A DNA stretch of 60,119 nucleotides, counting the filler, from Sphacelaria rigidula (Eukaryota): assembly GCA_964200075.2 (NCBI GenBank). It is 6 parts of 6 records of this genome, joined end to end, with 100 filler letters (N's around TTAATTAATTAA, not from the genome) between each part and the next. Parts side by side here need not be neighbours in the genome. Positions count along the whole stretch, not along the records: positions 30,112 to 40,047 come from CAXNAA020007454.1; positions 40,148 to 50,083 come from CAXNAA020007455.1; positions 50,184 to 60,119 come from CAXNAA020007456.1; 3 more parts are not named here. One strand, given 5' to 3'. The position numbers were made by a program, and so were the translations under genes. Positions 39,401-50,299 of this stretch are shown piece after piece (position 1 is the first letter of the stretch; each line of letters opens with the position of its first letter). Under the pieces are notes generated by a model. That model saw only the letters and a program-made list of their open reading frames with translations, did not search any database and was not told where the DNA came from.

Positions 39401-39760
39401 TCGTTCTGCGTGCGCTCACCCCCTGGCGGTACTAGGACGTACTTAGTCAGATATCGTTTCGTATACTCGTTAATATTCTTCCACATAACGTTCGCCTTCT
39501 TAGCATCCGTCTTGCTGTCCTTATCCGTCGCCCACAGGATGTCCCGCCAGTAGCGCCCCAATATGGCATCCATCTGAGCAGGTGTGCTGACGTCTGCTCT
39601 TCCACGGACTTGTTGGATTATGGGTACCAGGACCCCAATGGCTGAGCTCATGCACGGTTTCTGCATTCGAAGACGGGCGCCCAATACGTAGGCCGCCCGG
39701 GTTGTGATGTCGGTATAGCCGAAATGGGTTAGCCATATGCCGCCAGTTGTTTCGCATGGC
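33420..39760 (-). pseudogene. Large decayed multi-exon gene of unknown family
   Basis: Successive protein-like minus-strand segments (39253-39684, 38296-38971, ~37950-38090, ~37700-37810, 37102-37472, ~36410-37070, 34410-34870). Several have CAG| and |GTGAGT boundaries. Internal stops and frameshifts. Confidence 0.55.
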
Positions 39761-40889
39761 GAACGATTTTACCCCGGGGTTTCGCGGCATACGGTGTTAG
39801 CAAACCGCAAGGATATTTTATCCCAGGGTTTCACACGAGGGGTATCCTTATATGCCTTTCTAGTTTATAGTGACCGAGGATCGCATTTGTCCCGTCATAT
39901 GGCTGGTATCGGAAACCGATCAATTTCGTGCAGTATATATATATATATATCGGATTATACGTCGAGATGACGGGAGCCATCCTACGATAGGGGTGGGGGT
40001 ATTTTGAGGCATTTGTTGCTCGAAATTTCGAGTCAGATCGTCGTTGANNNNNNNNNNNNNNNNNNNNNNNNNNNNNNNNNNNNNNNNNNNNTTAATTAAT
40101 TAANNNNNNNNNNNNNNNNNNNNNNNNNNNNNNNNNNNNNNNNNNNNGCCCTCTGACAGCTTACCTCAACCCTATTCTCAATCGTATCGAAGATTCTCAA
40201 TCTCACGAAAACATTGTTATTTGCCGTTGAAGTACATGTATCATTTTTCCTCCTCGTAGGCACCATGAATGAAGACGATATACCCTGAAGGGTACTTCAG
40301 AAGTCCACCCTATGTGGTGCCTTCTCCGTCGCCAGTAAGGACCTGAATCTCAAACATATCTTGGCATAGCGCTCAAACCGTAGCCATGACAAGAACAACT
40401 GCGAGGTGCATTCTAAGAGGCTGCGCCAGAACGGATTCCGCTCGGGCGTCGATCGATAGCGGGCTATGACGTGCGCCTGCACCCGCATAATCGCACGGCA
40501 ATGCACACCCAGTAGACCCTTTGTCGCCGACTCCGTCATAATAGCCGCTAAAACCTACATCCACTACCCTAACCATCGCTTCAAAAAGGGATGGCGAATT
40601 CGCTCAGCATAGTGAGGAACGAACACCGTACCCAGCCTGGCGCCAGGCCGACCTTATGTAGGTCATCCGCGACACCCCTCAGCGCCCATCCTTGCTGTTA
40701 CCTGACACGAAAGGCACCACTGACGGCAAGCACAGGGCAGTGCAGTTGAAGGATGGAACGAGTGTTGTCTCGTGTTTAAATACTACATCGGGGGTGTTAG
40801 AGAAGAGGAGGTGACGGAGATGGTCGGTGTCTCCTTCGATGCAATGGCGAATCGAGGATGGGGTTGTCCCGCAACGTAAAAAGACAGGC

Positions 40890-42370
40890 AGAGTTTTGAG
40901 TAGAGTGCTGAGGTCATACTCAAGTGATATTCTATACTCAAGTGATATTCTATACTCAAGTGTCACTGAGAGTGCTGACCCAATATTTGAGTAGAGTGTT
41001 TTAGGTCGTCCGCGACCTGCTCAAAATCTGAGTAATGGAGACCGTACTCGACCTACTCAGAAATTTGAGTAGGGTGTTGGAGGCCGTACTCAACGCACTC
41101 GGAATCTGAGTAGAGTATTCGAGGCCGTACTCGGCCTACTCGAAATTTTAGTAGAGTATCGGAGGCCGTACTCGATTTACTCAAAATTTTAGTAGAGTAT
41201 CCGAGGCGGAATCCGATGTACCGAAAACCTATAACTTCAACTTTGATATTACAGTTCGTACGCAAGATACCCAAAGTCGGGTAGAGGAAACACCGAGGGG
41301 TTCCTAGAGTTGCCCGTCCATGATGAGTGTTAGTTCAAGGTAAAGGTGTCTCGTCAAACCGTCGCCAGTAGAGTCGCTCATTCTGATTACACCTACTCGA
41401 CTAATCTATTACTCGACGATGATGAGTAGCGCTCTGTACTGAAACTGATATCGAAGGCGTGAAGAGGTCTCGAGTATGACCTGCCGCGGGTGGGGGCTGG
41501 TGACATGGGGCGTTGGGGCAAGTATGTGCGTGCACTTGCACGCTTCTTGGTTTTTTTATGGCCATGATTCCCTCGTATTCGTTGTTAGCTGCGATGTATC
41601 GCCGCCCATCTCATTGATGGCCATCGTTCGCCCATGCATTCAACATACTCAGTGAACTCACGTCACGAAGTCGCCGACTGTCAGGGGTATACTCACCATA
41701 CCCAAGGGGTACTCCATGCTCAACTATTACTGAGAGTGCCTACTCAAAAATTGAGTCGAGTATTTGAGGTCTTACTCAACCTACTTAAAATTTGAGTAGA
41801 GTATTTGAGACCATACTCAACCTACTCGAAATTTGAGTAGAGTATTTGAGGCCGTACTCGACCTACGAAAAGTTGAGTACGGTATTGAGGCCATACTCAA
41901 GCGATACTCGGTACTCGAGTATTACGGGGAGTACTTACCCAAATTTTGCGTAGAGTATTTGAGACGATACTCGACCTACTAAACATTTGCGTAGAGTATT
42001 TGAGACGATACTCAACCTACTAAACATTTGAGTGGAGTATTTGAGACCGTACTACACCTACTCAAAATTTGAGTAGAGTATTTGAGACCGTACTCCACCT
42101 ACTCAAAATTTGAGTAGAGTTTTGAGGTCATACTCGAGTGTTACTCTATACTCAAGTATAACTGAGAGTGCTTACTAAATGTTTGAGTAGAGTATTTGGG
42201 GTTGTCCTCGACCCACTCAACATTTGAGTAGAGTATTGGAGGCCGTACTCGGCCTACTCAAAATTCGAGTAGAGTATTGGAGGCCGTACTCGACCTACTC
42301 AAACGTCGAGCAGAGTAAATACTTGAGTATTTTACTCGAGTACTCAAAAGTACATACTCTACCCCACCTA
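40890..42370. repeat. 41-bp palindromic minisatellite in two blocks (40890-41203 and ~41730-42360); probably subterminal repeats of a non-autonomous DNA transposon
   Basis: Unit TACTCAAAATTTGAGTAGAGTATTTGAG(A/G)CCGTACTCGACC with period 41 (e.g. 42061 and 42102). The right end reads ...CTCTACCCCACCTA (TAGG-type terminus). Confidence 0.85.
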
Positions 42371-42754
42371 CCCTTGCAAGCATGGCGAGGCGGGCCCTAC
42401 GTCGGGACCCTGTCTGTCGGCACCGAGCCAACATGTGGGGAGGAATTGCTCACAGGATTGTTGCGGATGCAATACCGATAGAAACACGGAAATACAGGAA
42501 ACGATATCTCTGCGCAGCGCATGACCTTCATGACGGCACCTCAGTCTCACCTCGCGTTTACGCAGCATCTCGCTCCAGCATCACTTCCACCCCATCACGC
42601 CAGTGTAACACGTGCCAAATGTCGAACCATCTCGTCCCCGCCCCCGGCTCCCTCCGAATCACACGACGACTCCGACGACCACCCGTAACCACTGTCGGAT
42701 CCTGTATCTTCACTCGTTGAGTCCGGCGCGGTCCTGCTGTCCCCCCAGTCACCG

Positions 42755-43194
42755 TCATCCCACCCCTGTCACCTCCGCGAGTAACCCTTCACGGAGTAAC
42801 CCTTCAGCCGACAGTCCTTCAGCTGATTGCCCTGAAGTGGGTAACCCTTTACCGGGTAACCTTTCTGGGGGCGATCCGCGCGTCTCAGGAGCGGGCGGCA
42901 GGCATCTCCCCTCGCACCCACACAAGAAGGGGTGGCAATCTTTGCGCAGCCTGGCGCACGTGCAAGAGCGCTTGCATCTGTGCTTCTCGGAGGCCACGGG
43001 GTTACATCTGCACAAAAGCCGCTGGGTCTTCCCCGCGGGGTCGATGTATGCGTGATCCGACAAGTTGACAACAATATTTGTTTTCGTGAGACGCTCCCCC
43101 CTGTGTTCGTTGGCTGTGTTCCATCCGCGACCGCAGAACTCGATGGCGGGCATGGAGACCGCCATTCTTCCCATCCAGTACTCGAGGACGGCAC
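42755..43194 (-). pseudogene. Terminal exon with a 9-Cys CXC/tesmin-like cluster, resembling the C-terminus of AcademX transposon proteins
   Basis: CGCAG| acceptor; AVLEYW...GRGW...LLCRC-x9-CKRSCTC-x6-CHPFLCGCEGRC. Upstream degenerate segment VRDHMR / ENTPSRAA at ~43438-43515. Confidence 0.5.
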
Positions 43195-44523
43195 CTGCGT
43201 TGGCGTTGTGTGATGGACAGCAAAATACATTGCAGTACAGGATAGAAGTGCACATGGTGATACCGAACACATGAAAGTGGACCCTGCACAGCACTTCACA
43301 GTACACCGCGACGAAGTAGAAAGCAGTCGAGTGCCTCACAGAATAACAGAGGGCGGCACCGTAGTGGGCGGTTCGCGATCGTTTGCAGTAAGTAACACCG
43401 GAGTGGAGTACAGTCGAGTACTGCACCCAACACTGTCCGGCAGCACGCGACGGCGTGTTCTCCGGTATCACCGCTCACTACCCCGCATGTGATCGCGGAC
43501 CACCCTAATCACTACGGGGCAGCACATTACGGTGCAGTGGCGTGCAGGAGACGACGGCACGCGGCCCCACAAGACAGCGTGTCGTGTACTGCGCTTTCGC
43601 CAGACAGCACCTCACGGGGACGTGCTGCTCGTTGTACAGTACATGCCGGTACAGTACATGACATTCGAGTATAGACACAACAGCACAGCCCAGCACGCAA
43701 CAGTGACCAGTGTGTCGCCATCCTGTTACATACCCCTTTTGACCGCACAAAACGCGTGTGGGGTTTGCGGTACAATACTGTAACATTTGAGAACAGTACT
43801 TGTACACATCATGACCACGGGGCGGTGACATCGGTCATCAGCTTTTATACTGGAATTTATATGCAATTTGCTGTCCTCGTCGACTACTAGACATGCTTGA
43901 ACTCAATCGCGCCTTCTGGGCTGCATCCTCCACGAATCGATACAGTTTTTTTTAAGATGGATTATATGCGTCATGGAATACTCCATGCACGTCGTTTGGC
44001 CTTCGAACCCCTGGCGTAGCCGTCACCACTCTGCGGACCACCACACGATATTCTGAGCACGAGGAATCCATACAGAGCAACACCGTGCAGGCTGGCCGAC
44101 TCCCAAACTAATCACCTTATCACCCGAAACCTGGCAGCGACACTCCGCCTTGAGCAAAGCTTTCCATCAGTGCCGCCTGTTGGACATGTCCTCCTTCGTG
44201 TAGGGCTACCCACCCGTGCGAGCTGAGGGTGCTTTGCAGCTGGTGCTAGGTCATTTCGTGTACAATGATTCTTGTATGCGGGCGGTTCGTATAAAATTGT
44301 TTTTTTTTCTATCGGCGTAACACTGCACAGGTTATCAGATACAGGGAAGGAAATGGTCTGCAAGGGTACCTGCGTGGGAATGTACCCAGCGGCACATCGA
44401 AGGGATCTCTCTTGATCTGCGACCTGCAAGTATTGTACACAAGTTCTGTCTGTCTTCCATTTGCTCATTCAGTGTTGGTCTCTGCCCTCTGGTTCACTCT
44501 GGCGAAATAGAAACTACGTAAGT

Positions 44524-44652
44524 ATGGACGTCGATTCCGTACAAGCACAGATCAACGACCTACAGAGAAGGATAGCGGCGGTGGAGAGACAACAGGACGA
44601 GGTGCAGTCCGCGCTAGACGAAGGGCGCTCCTACCGTGGTATGACAGCCCAG
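44524..44652 (+). CDS. Possible first exon encoding a coiled coil (unknown gene or gene fragment)
   Basis: MDVDSVQAQINDLQRRIAAVERQQDEVQSALDEGRSYRGMTAQ shows a heptad pattern and is followed by CAG|GTAATA. No convincing downstream exons. Confidence 0.3.
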
Positions 44653-45899
44653 GTAATATCGAGGGTGCGGGCATTACCTGCAAAAACGTTGACCAATGAT
44701 GGAAAGCTGTCAGGTACTCGTACTTGTAACAATATTTGGGATTGCTCTGGATTGCTCTGTTTGGTTGTGTCGGTGCTTCAAGTCCCGAGCATACCTGCGA
44801 CGCACAGGCTCCAGGCCAGGCAACGTACATTTATTTACTGCGAATTGAACATCGTGACGGAGAATCCTGCGAGTCCATCAGATATGCAGCTAAGATACAC
44901 ACACGTCGTGCTATTGTGAAGTAAGTGTCACACAGCACACAATAGAAATAGTTAATCCCGCGGCCTTTTGTTCCGAGAATCTGAAGTGTACCCCTGATCT
45001 CGTGTCATGTTTCTACCCACCGCTCACCACCCAGCAGGCGTTGGAGTCGGCAGACTCTTTGAAGCACGAAATCGCAATGTTGATCCGAAGTAAACCGCGT
45101 CAATATCGGCCTCCTCCAAGAACTCCGGCTCAACTCTATCCACCGTAGCGCGCAAACTGGCAATGGATATTTCCCGACAGCGGGTACGACCGGTGCGCAT
45201 CGGTAACCGCGATACGTACAGTAGTCATTGTATATTCTTGGATCCAAAACACGATCGCGCAGGGCACCCCGACCATGCATTGCCTCTATGGGGTCTTTTC
45301 GTGTAAGGCGCACCAATCAGAAACTGTTTTCCTAAGCCTTTTTCATGTAAGGCCATGTAAGGCCCTCCTGTAAATCCATATGTATAGTCATCAACTGCGA
45401 GGCGTCGCCCGGTAGTTTCTCCAGCGGTTACCGCCCACATTCTTGTCTACCTCATGTTGTGGTGCATGTACTGTACGGTACTACCGCCCTATATCCACAC
45501 TAGCAGGTAGCATGGGCTCGCCTCAGGCCCTCTGGGCCGGCCAGATACACACGCCGTCGGCGCGGTGTGAGAGAACCGTACGTTCGCTGTTGTTCGGCAG
45601 CCTGGTCCGCAAAGCAGCTGCGGGTGGGGAGCGGCCGCTACTCTGCAACAGCATGCACAGCACAGCCAGATAGAAAGGCTCCGAAGAGCGCTTTTCCTCC
45701 ACTGCTCGCAACACAACTTTGATTGGTAGTCGTGCGTGTAGACCAACGTTGGTCGAGAGCAGTGCTTGTGCTGATGATTTTCTTTTTGGCCGTCTGCACG
45801 ATGGGCTCTACTCCGACAGGCAAATAGAACCTCGACCTCTCGATATTCTTTCCCTTGTCCAAAAAGTAAGACGCAACCATCCATCCCCGAACAACCTTG

Positions 45900-45940
45900 A
45901 ATTAATTAATTAATTAATTAATTAATTAATTAATTAATTA
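45900..45940. repeat. (AATT)10 palindromic microsatellite
   Basis: Read directly; no flanking Ns. Confidence 0.9.
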
Positions 45941-45985
45941 CTTTATTGTTATGAATTGGATCATATCCTACCATATGAAGGGGGC

Positions 45986-46338
45986 AACGGCGGTATTGGT
46001 GTAGGAACTTGGTGAGCTCCATGACGGCGTCGAACCCATTGGGGTCACACTTGTCATCAAAGTCGGGGTCATCATTTGAGGTCGCTTTTTGTAGGGCCTC
46101 CATTCGTGCGCCACCCAGGATGTAAGAATGAAGATGTATGGCGACTTCCGACGGCAGGTGTTGCGCCCGCTGGGCAAGGTCCTCGAAGGAGATGCCGAGC
46201 ACCATCTGGGTGGCGCACGAATGGAGGCCCTACAAAAAGCGACCTCGAATGATGACCCCGACTTCGATGACAAGTGTAACCCCGATGGGTTCGACGCCGT
46301 CATGGGGCTCACCAATTTCCTACACCAATACCGCCGTT
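45986..46338. repeat. Inverted duplication: 133-bp arms (6 mismatches by eye), 87-bp loop
   Basis: Arms at 45986-46118 and 46206-46338. Both strands translate to LGGARMEALQKATSNDDPDFDDKC.P.GFDAVM.LT.FLHQYRR. Confidence 0.9.
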
Positions 46339-48829
46339 CTCCCCCAGGGGGCAGCAATAAGGCAACACATGCATGTTTACCCCGCATGTAAGTCCGGTAT
46401 TGGTCGTTCTATAGTAGCTCATTTCTTACATGAACAACCACAAAACAACTTCGGACTCATCTACAGATTCGTGCTGTAAAAGCGCGTCAATGTGATGTAC
46501 GCCGACAGCATACTCAACGAAAATATTTTTGCGGCAGTCTCGAAACGTCACCTTCAGCATGCTTAGATGCTGTTGTACGTCATGTCACATCATTTCAGCT
46601 CATCGTCTGTTTTGTCGTCCTGAGCCCTGGTGCGATTGTACTGCGCAAAACACTTTTTCCAACAGCAATGACTGAGTATATATAGAGCGGCGCGAAACGG
46701 CCAGTGTGTGATGGCTCTCCACAGTCACTGAACTATTGAGCAGTGCAGAGCAGCTGTGAACGCGCAATCAGTAGCACATGCATATGGTCAATACACTGTT
46801 GCTGAATAGCTGAACGGCGCGGCGTATTTGGCGCGCGCGAGGGGGGGAGGGGGGGGGCGTGCGTTCGGAGGAGCGTGCTGGTGTGGTCAGGAGACGAGGC
46901 GATTCCGTGCCTGAAGTTTGCAAAATTCTCCCCCACCCCCCTCTAGCCAGCTCTTTGATGTTGGTTTACAGTATTGGAGCCTACGTGCCTATTCATTGAT
47001 ATCATCCACGCTCGTGGCCCCAGCAGCCCATACTTGGTTATAATGGCGTGTACTAACTCTGTTTTGATGCGAGGCGGAAGTCCTGACAGGCGAATGCCCT
47101 CACTTCGAGAGTAGCACCAGTATATTTGTGCTCGTCAGTGCTAGAAAAATCTGGCAAAAACTTCGAGTTTCTTGGGGGAAAGTCGCAAATAATCTATTTT
47201 CAACAATTTTTCGGCAAGTACTCGGCTTCAAGTTGAAACTCTTGGGTGAAACCCACAATTGCCGCACATTTTTTTCACACGAAGAAATTTTCAAAACACA
47301 CCAGGTAGTCGAGTACATATTCTCGGAGCAGTATGGAGCCTCCGCCCTCATGGTGTACGGGAATGATGCCCACATCCATTGAATGTCTTTCTATGGCTAC
47401 AAAATCTAATATCTGAAATTCAACCCTTTGAACGCCCGGACCCTTGGTTGGTCGCTGAAGGGACGGACTTTGTAACAGGAATTCCAATTTCACAAAGTGA
47501 AGTTGGTTTCTGCCGCGGATAAAAATTCGATTAAGAGGTTTTTTGCGTCGTGATTCTTGCGTCATGATTCTTGCGATTGGATCCTTTCGATATTTTTTCG
47601 CGTCGTGAGTCTTGCGATGATATCCTTGCGATAGTTTTTTTGCTAGATTTTCGCAGTCTAAAACCCTTATCGATTTCGGCTTATTGGGGATAACTTCGTC
47701 AAACGGACACCAAACGCATCCTGCTCCAAGGGGCACCTGGACACACAGAAGTTGCCGCGGCCTACGTAGTATCATCCTCCAAATCGAAGTCTTGAGTAGG
47801 AACCCCCAGCGTTTGGTGCACATGTACAAGGATGATCTACATCGAGTATCATGCTCCAAAACGTACCTGACATGGTGGCAACACCCCCCACAGACAGTAG
47901 CAATGCTAGCGGATCCTACGTCCTGACAGTCTGTGACAGTCTGGCAGCCGGCAAGGTGGTTATGGTAGTGTCCTTCTAGCGATATCAACTTACAGTACAC
48001 TGGAGCAGAGCTTGTAGGTGAATATTTCGGCGATTGCCTCACCTGCAATTCGCTCAGATGTTGCCTCTGCATTATATATGGAAAATGTACCCAACGGTGG
48101 ACGAAACAAATCTACGGACAGTACGAACACGATGCATGTGGAAAGTGTACTGCGCATCGTCGAGTGTGCTGTGTGTGTTGTCGTCCCATAAATTTGGACG
48201 CCGGTCTCCACCATTCGGTATATGTGGGCGCACCAGCCTCGGCTATGTTACCATACAGCTTCGCCCAAGATGCAGGCAGCCATTACAGCGGCGGAGGCGG
48301 CCTTTCACGCCTGCGTGCACCACTTGGGGCAAACGCATGCTGTAGCTGCAACACGGACATATAGCGCGTGGCGAGGAGGTTTATATCCTACGTACACCTT
48401 GGCTGCGATACAACGGCTGCTCTCATGATGTGGCGAACTGCATAGGACAAAGCGAAATCAATGCAGGACAGAGATAGACTAAAGATGCGATGTTCTGCGG
48501 TGTGCTTTGTCACCCTAAACCCTGCCGCTGTGCATTGAGCAGGTAGTACCGCCGCAGGCGTCACGCCGCGGCCGATGCACAGTATCGGCCCCACACCCAA
48601 AGGGTAAGGCAGTGTTTGAACGAAGCAAGGAACATGATAATCACTTCGTGATGGTGATAGTGAATTGACTGTTCACAACATCATTATCACGAGAAACCAC
48701 GCGCTGTTCTAATCGAGCATGCTAGGGTGGGGAACATGTGATACAGAGACTGTAAAACAGCACGCGAACAGACCAGCGACTTCAAGAAGGGCGGCAATCA
48801 CGCGCAAGGGGGTATGGGTATTGTCGCAG

Positions 48830-49418
48830 ATCGAAACGCGGACCGCCTCCCGCACACGAAGAAGCAATAGCAGCAGTATCAGCAGCATCTTTTTTGCCAG
48901 TAGATGTACGCGGCTGGGTGTGGGTCTAAATCAGCCAGTGCCGATACTGCTGATGCTGCTGCTACTGCTGCTGCCGTTCTTACTCATGGAAGAGACAGTC
49001 CGCGTTTCGATCGTGCTATCACTACAACGCCCACGCACCTTGCACGTGATAACCACCGTGCTTGAAAGCGCTGGTCTGTACTACCCGCCGATGGGTCTAT
49101 GCTTCCTCACTAGGCTAAGTGCTGGGAGATACAGTTGCGGGCATCTCTCTGTGCGAGCTGTGCACGTCGGGTGTGTCTCGTACGCGTGGCTGCCGCTGGT
49201 GATGGGAATGAAGCCAGCGTGCAATACAGCGGAAAACACGTGATTTGTACTCGTGCTGAAAATGCTACTGTATGGGGGTAACAACTCGCGAACAGATCAT
49301 ATTCGACATTAAATAGGAGGGGGCAATAACGCGACAGGTGCATGGATATCATCGTACGTCGAAACGCGGACCGCCTCCCGCACGAGAAGCAGCAGTAGCA
49401 GCAGTAGCAGCAGCAGCA

Positions 49419-49450
<32 letters not shown>

Positions 49451-49780
49451 AGCAGCAGCAGCAGCCACAGCATCTTCATTGCGAGTAAATGTGTATGGCT
49501 GGGGGTGGGTCTGATTCAGCCGCTGCCGATGCTGCCGCTGCTGCTGCTGCTGCTTTTGATTGTAGACGGCCCGTTTTTCGACCGTGCGACAACACCCACG
49601 CACCTTGCGAGTGATCACCACCGTGTTGGACGCTAGTACGTTTTACCCGCCGATGGGTTTATGCTTGCTCACTTGGCGAAGTTCTGGGAGATATAGCTGT
49701 GCGCATCTCTGTGGGATCTGTGCACGTGGAGTGTGTCCCCCACGCGTGGCCACTGCTGGTGATGGGATTGAAGCCAATGT
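48830..49780. repeat. Diverged tandem duplication (~530-bp period) containing a (GCA)n(GCC)n microsatellite
   Basis: TCGAAACGCGGACCGCCTCCCGCAC at ~48831 and ~49359; TACCCGCCGATGGGT.TATGCTT at ~49082 and ~49644; triplet run at 49388-49472. Confidence 0.8.
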
Positions 49781-50299
49781 GGCTAATGCTAGTGACGGGA
49801 AGCCAACCGTCTGTCCCATGAAGAGCCCAACAGCCCTATGTAGTGGGTACACAAATTCGACTTAACGGTCGACGAGGGAAAGGGACTGCTGAACCCCTCT
49901 CTCGATAAAAAAATAAAGGCAAGCATCGCAGAAGGAAGGTGGGGTATTGAAAACAAATGAAAAATAAAACGTTTTGTGTTGACCTTCCTCCTGTGTGACC
50001 CCGGCTGATGCGCCCACATACATCGAAAGGTGTAGATTGGCGCCCAGAAGAAATGGGACGACAACACACACACACACACACACNNNNNNNNNNNNNNNNN
50101 NNNNNNNNNNNNNNNNNNNNNNNNNNNTTAATTAATTAANNNNNNNNNNNNNNNNNNNNNNNNNNNNNNNNNNNNNNNNNNNNTTTTGGGCAATCAGGCC
50201 GAAGAAATCGTGAATTTGGTGATTTTGAGTCGTGATGATTCGTCCTAACCGTGAAAGTTTTGGAAACCGCATCTTAGGGCGTGTCTTCCAAGGCGCGGT

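Noticed and set aside
21546..39760. RIP-like or methylation-driven hypermutation suggested by W/Q/R-to-stop changes
   Set aside because: These transitions are the commonest route to stops under neutral decay, and this cannot be tested without consensus alignments.
40890..42360. CRISPR-like palindromic repeats
   Set aside because: The units are contiguous with no unique spacers, there are no cas genes, and the context is eukaryotic.
47275..48072. 265-aa minus-strand ORF, and a plus-strand RILLQGAPG P-loop-like peptide near 47715
   Set aside because: No recognisable domain, no GKT/S completing a Walker A motif, and no splice support.
49388..49472. Poly-Ala/Gln coding tract
   Set aside because: It lies within a tandemly duplicated non-coding repeat and has no exon context.
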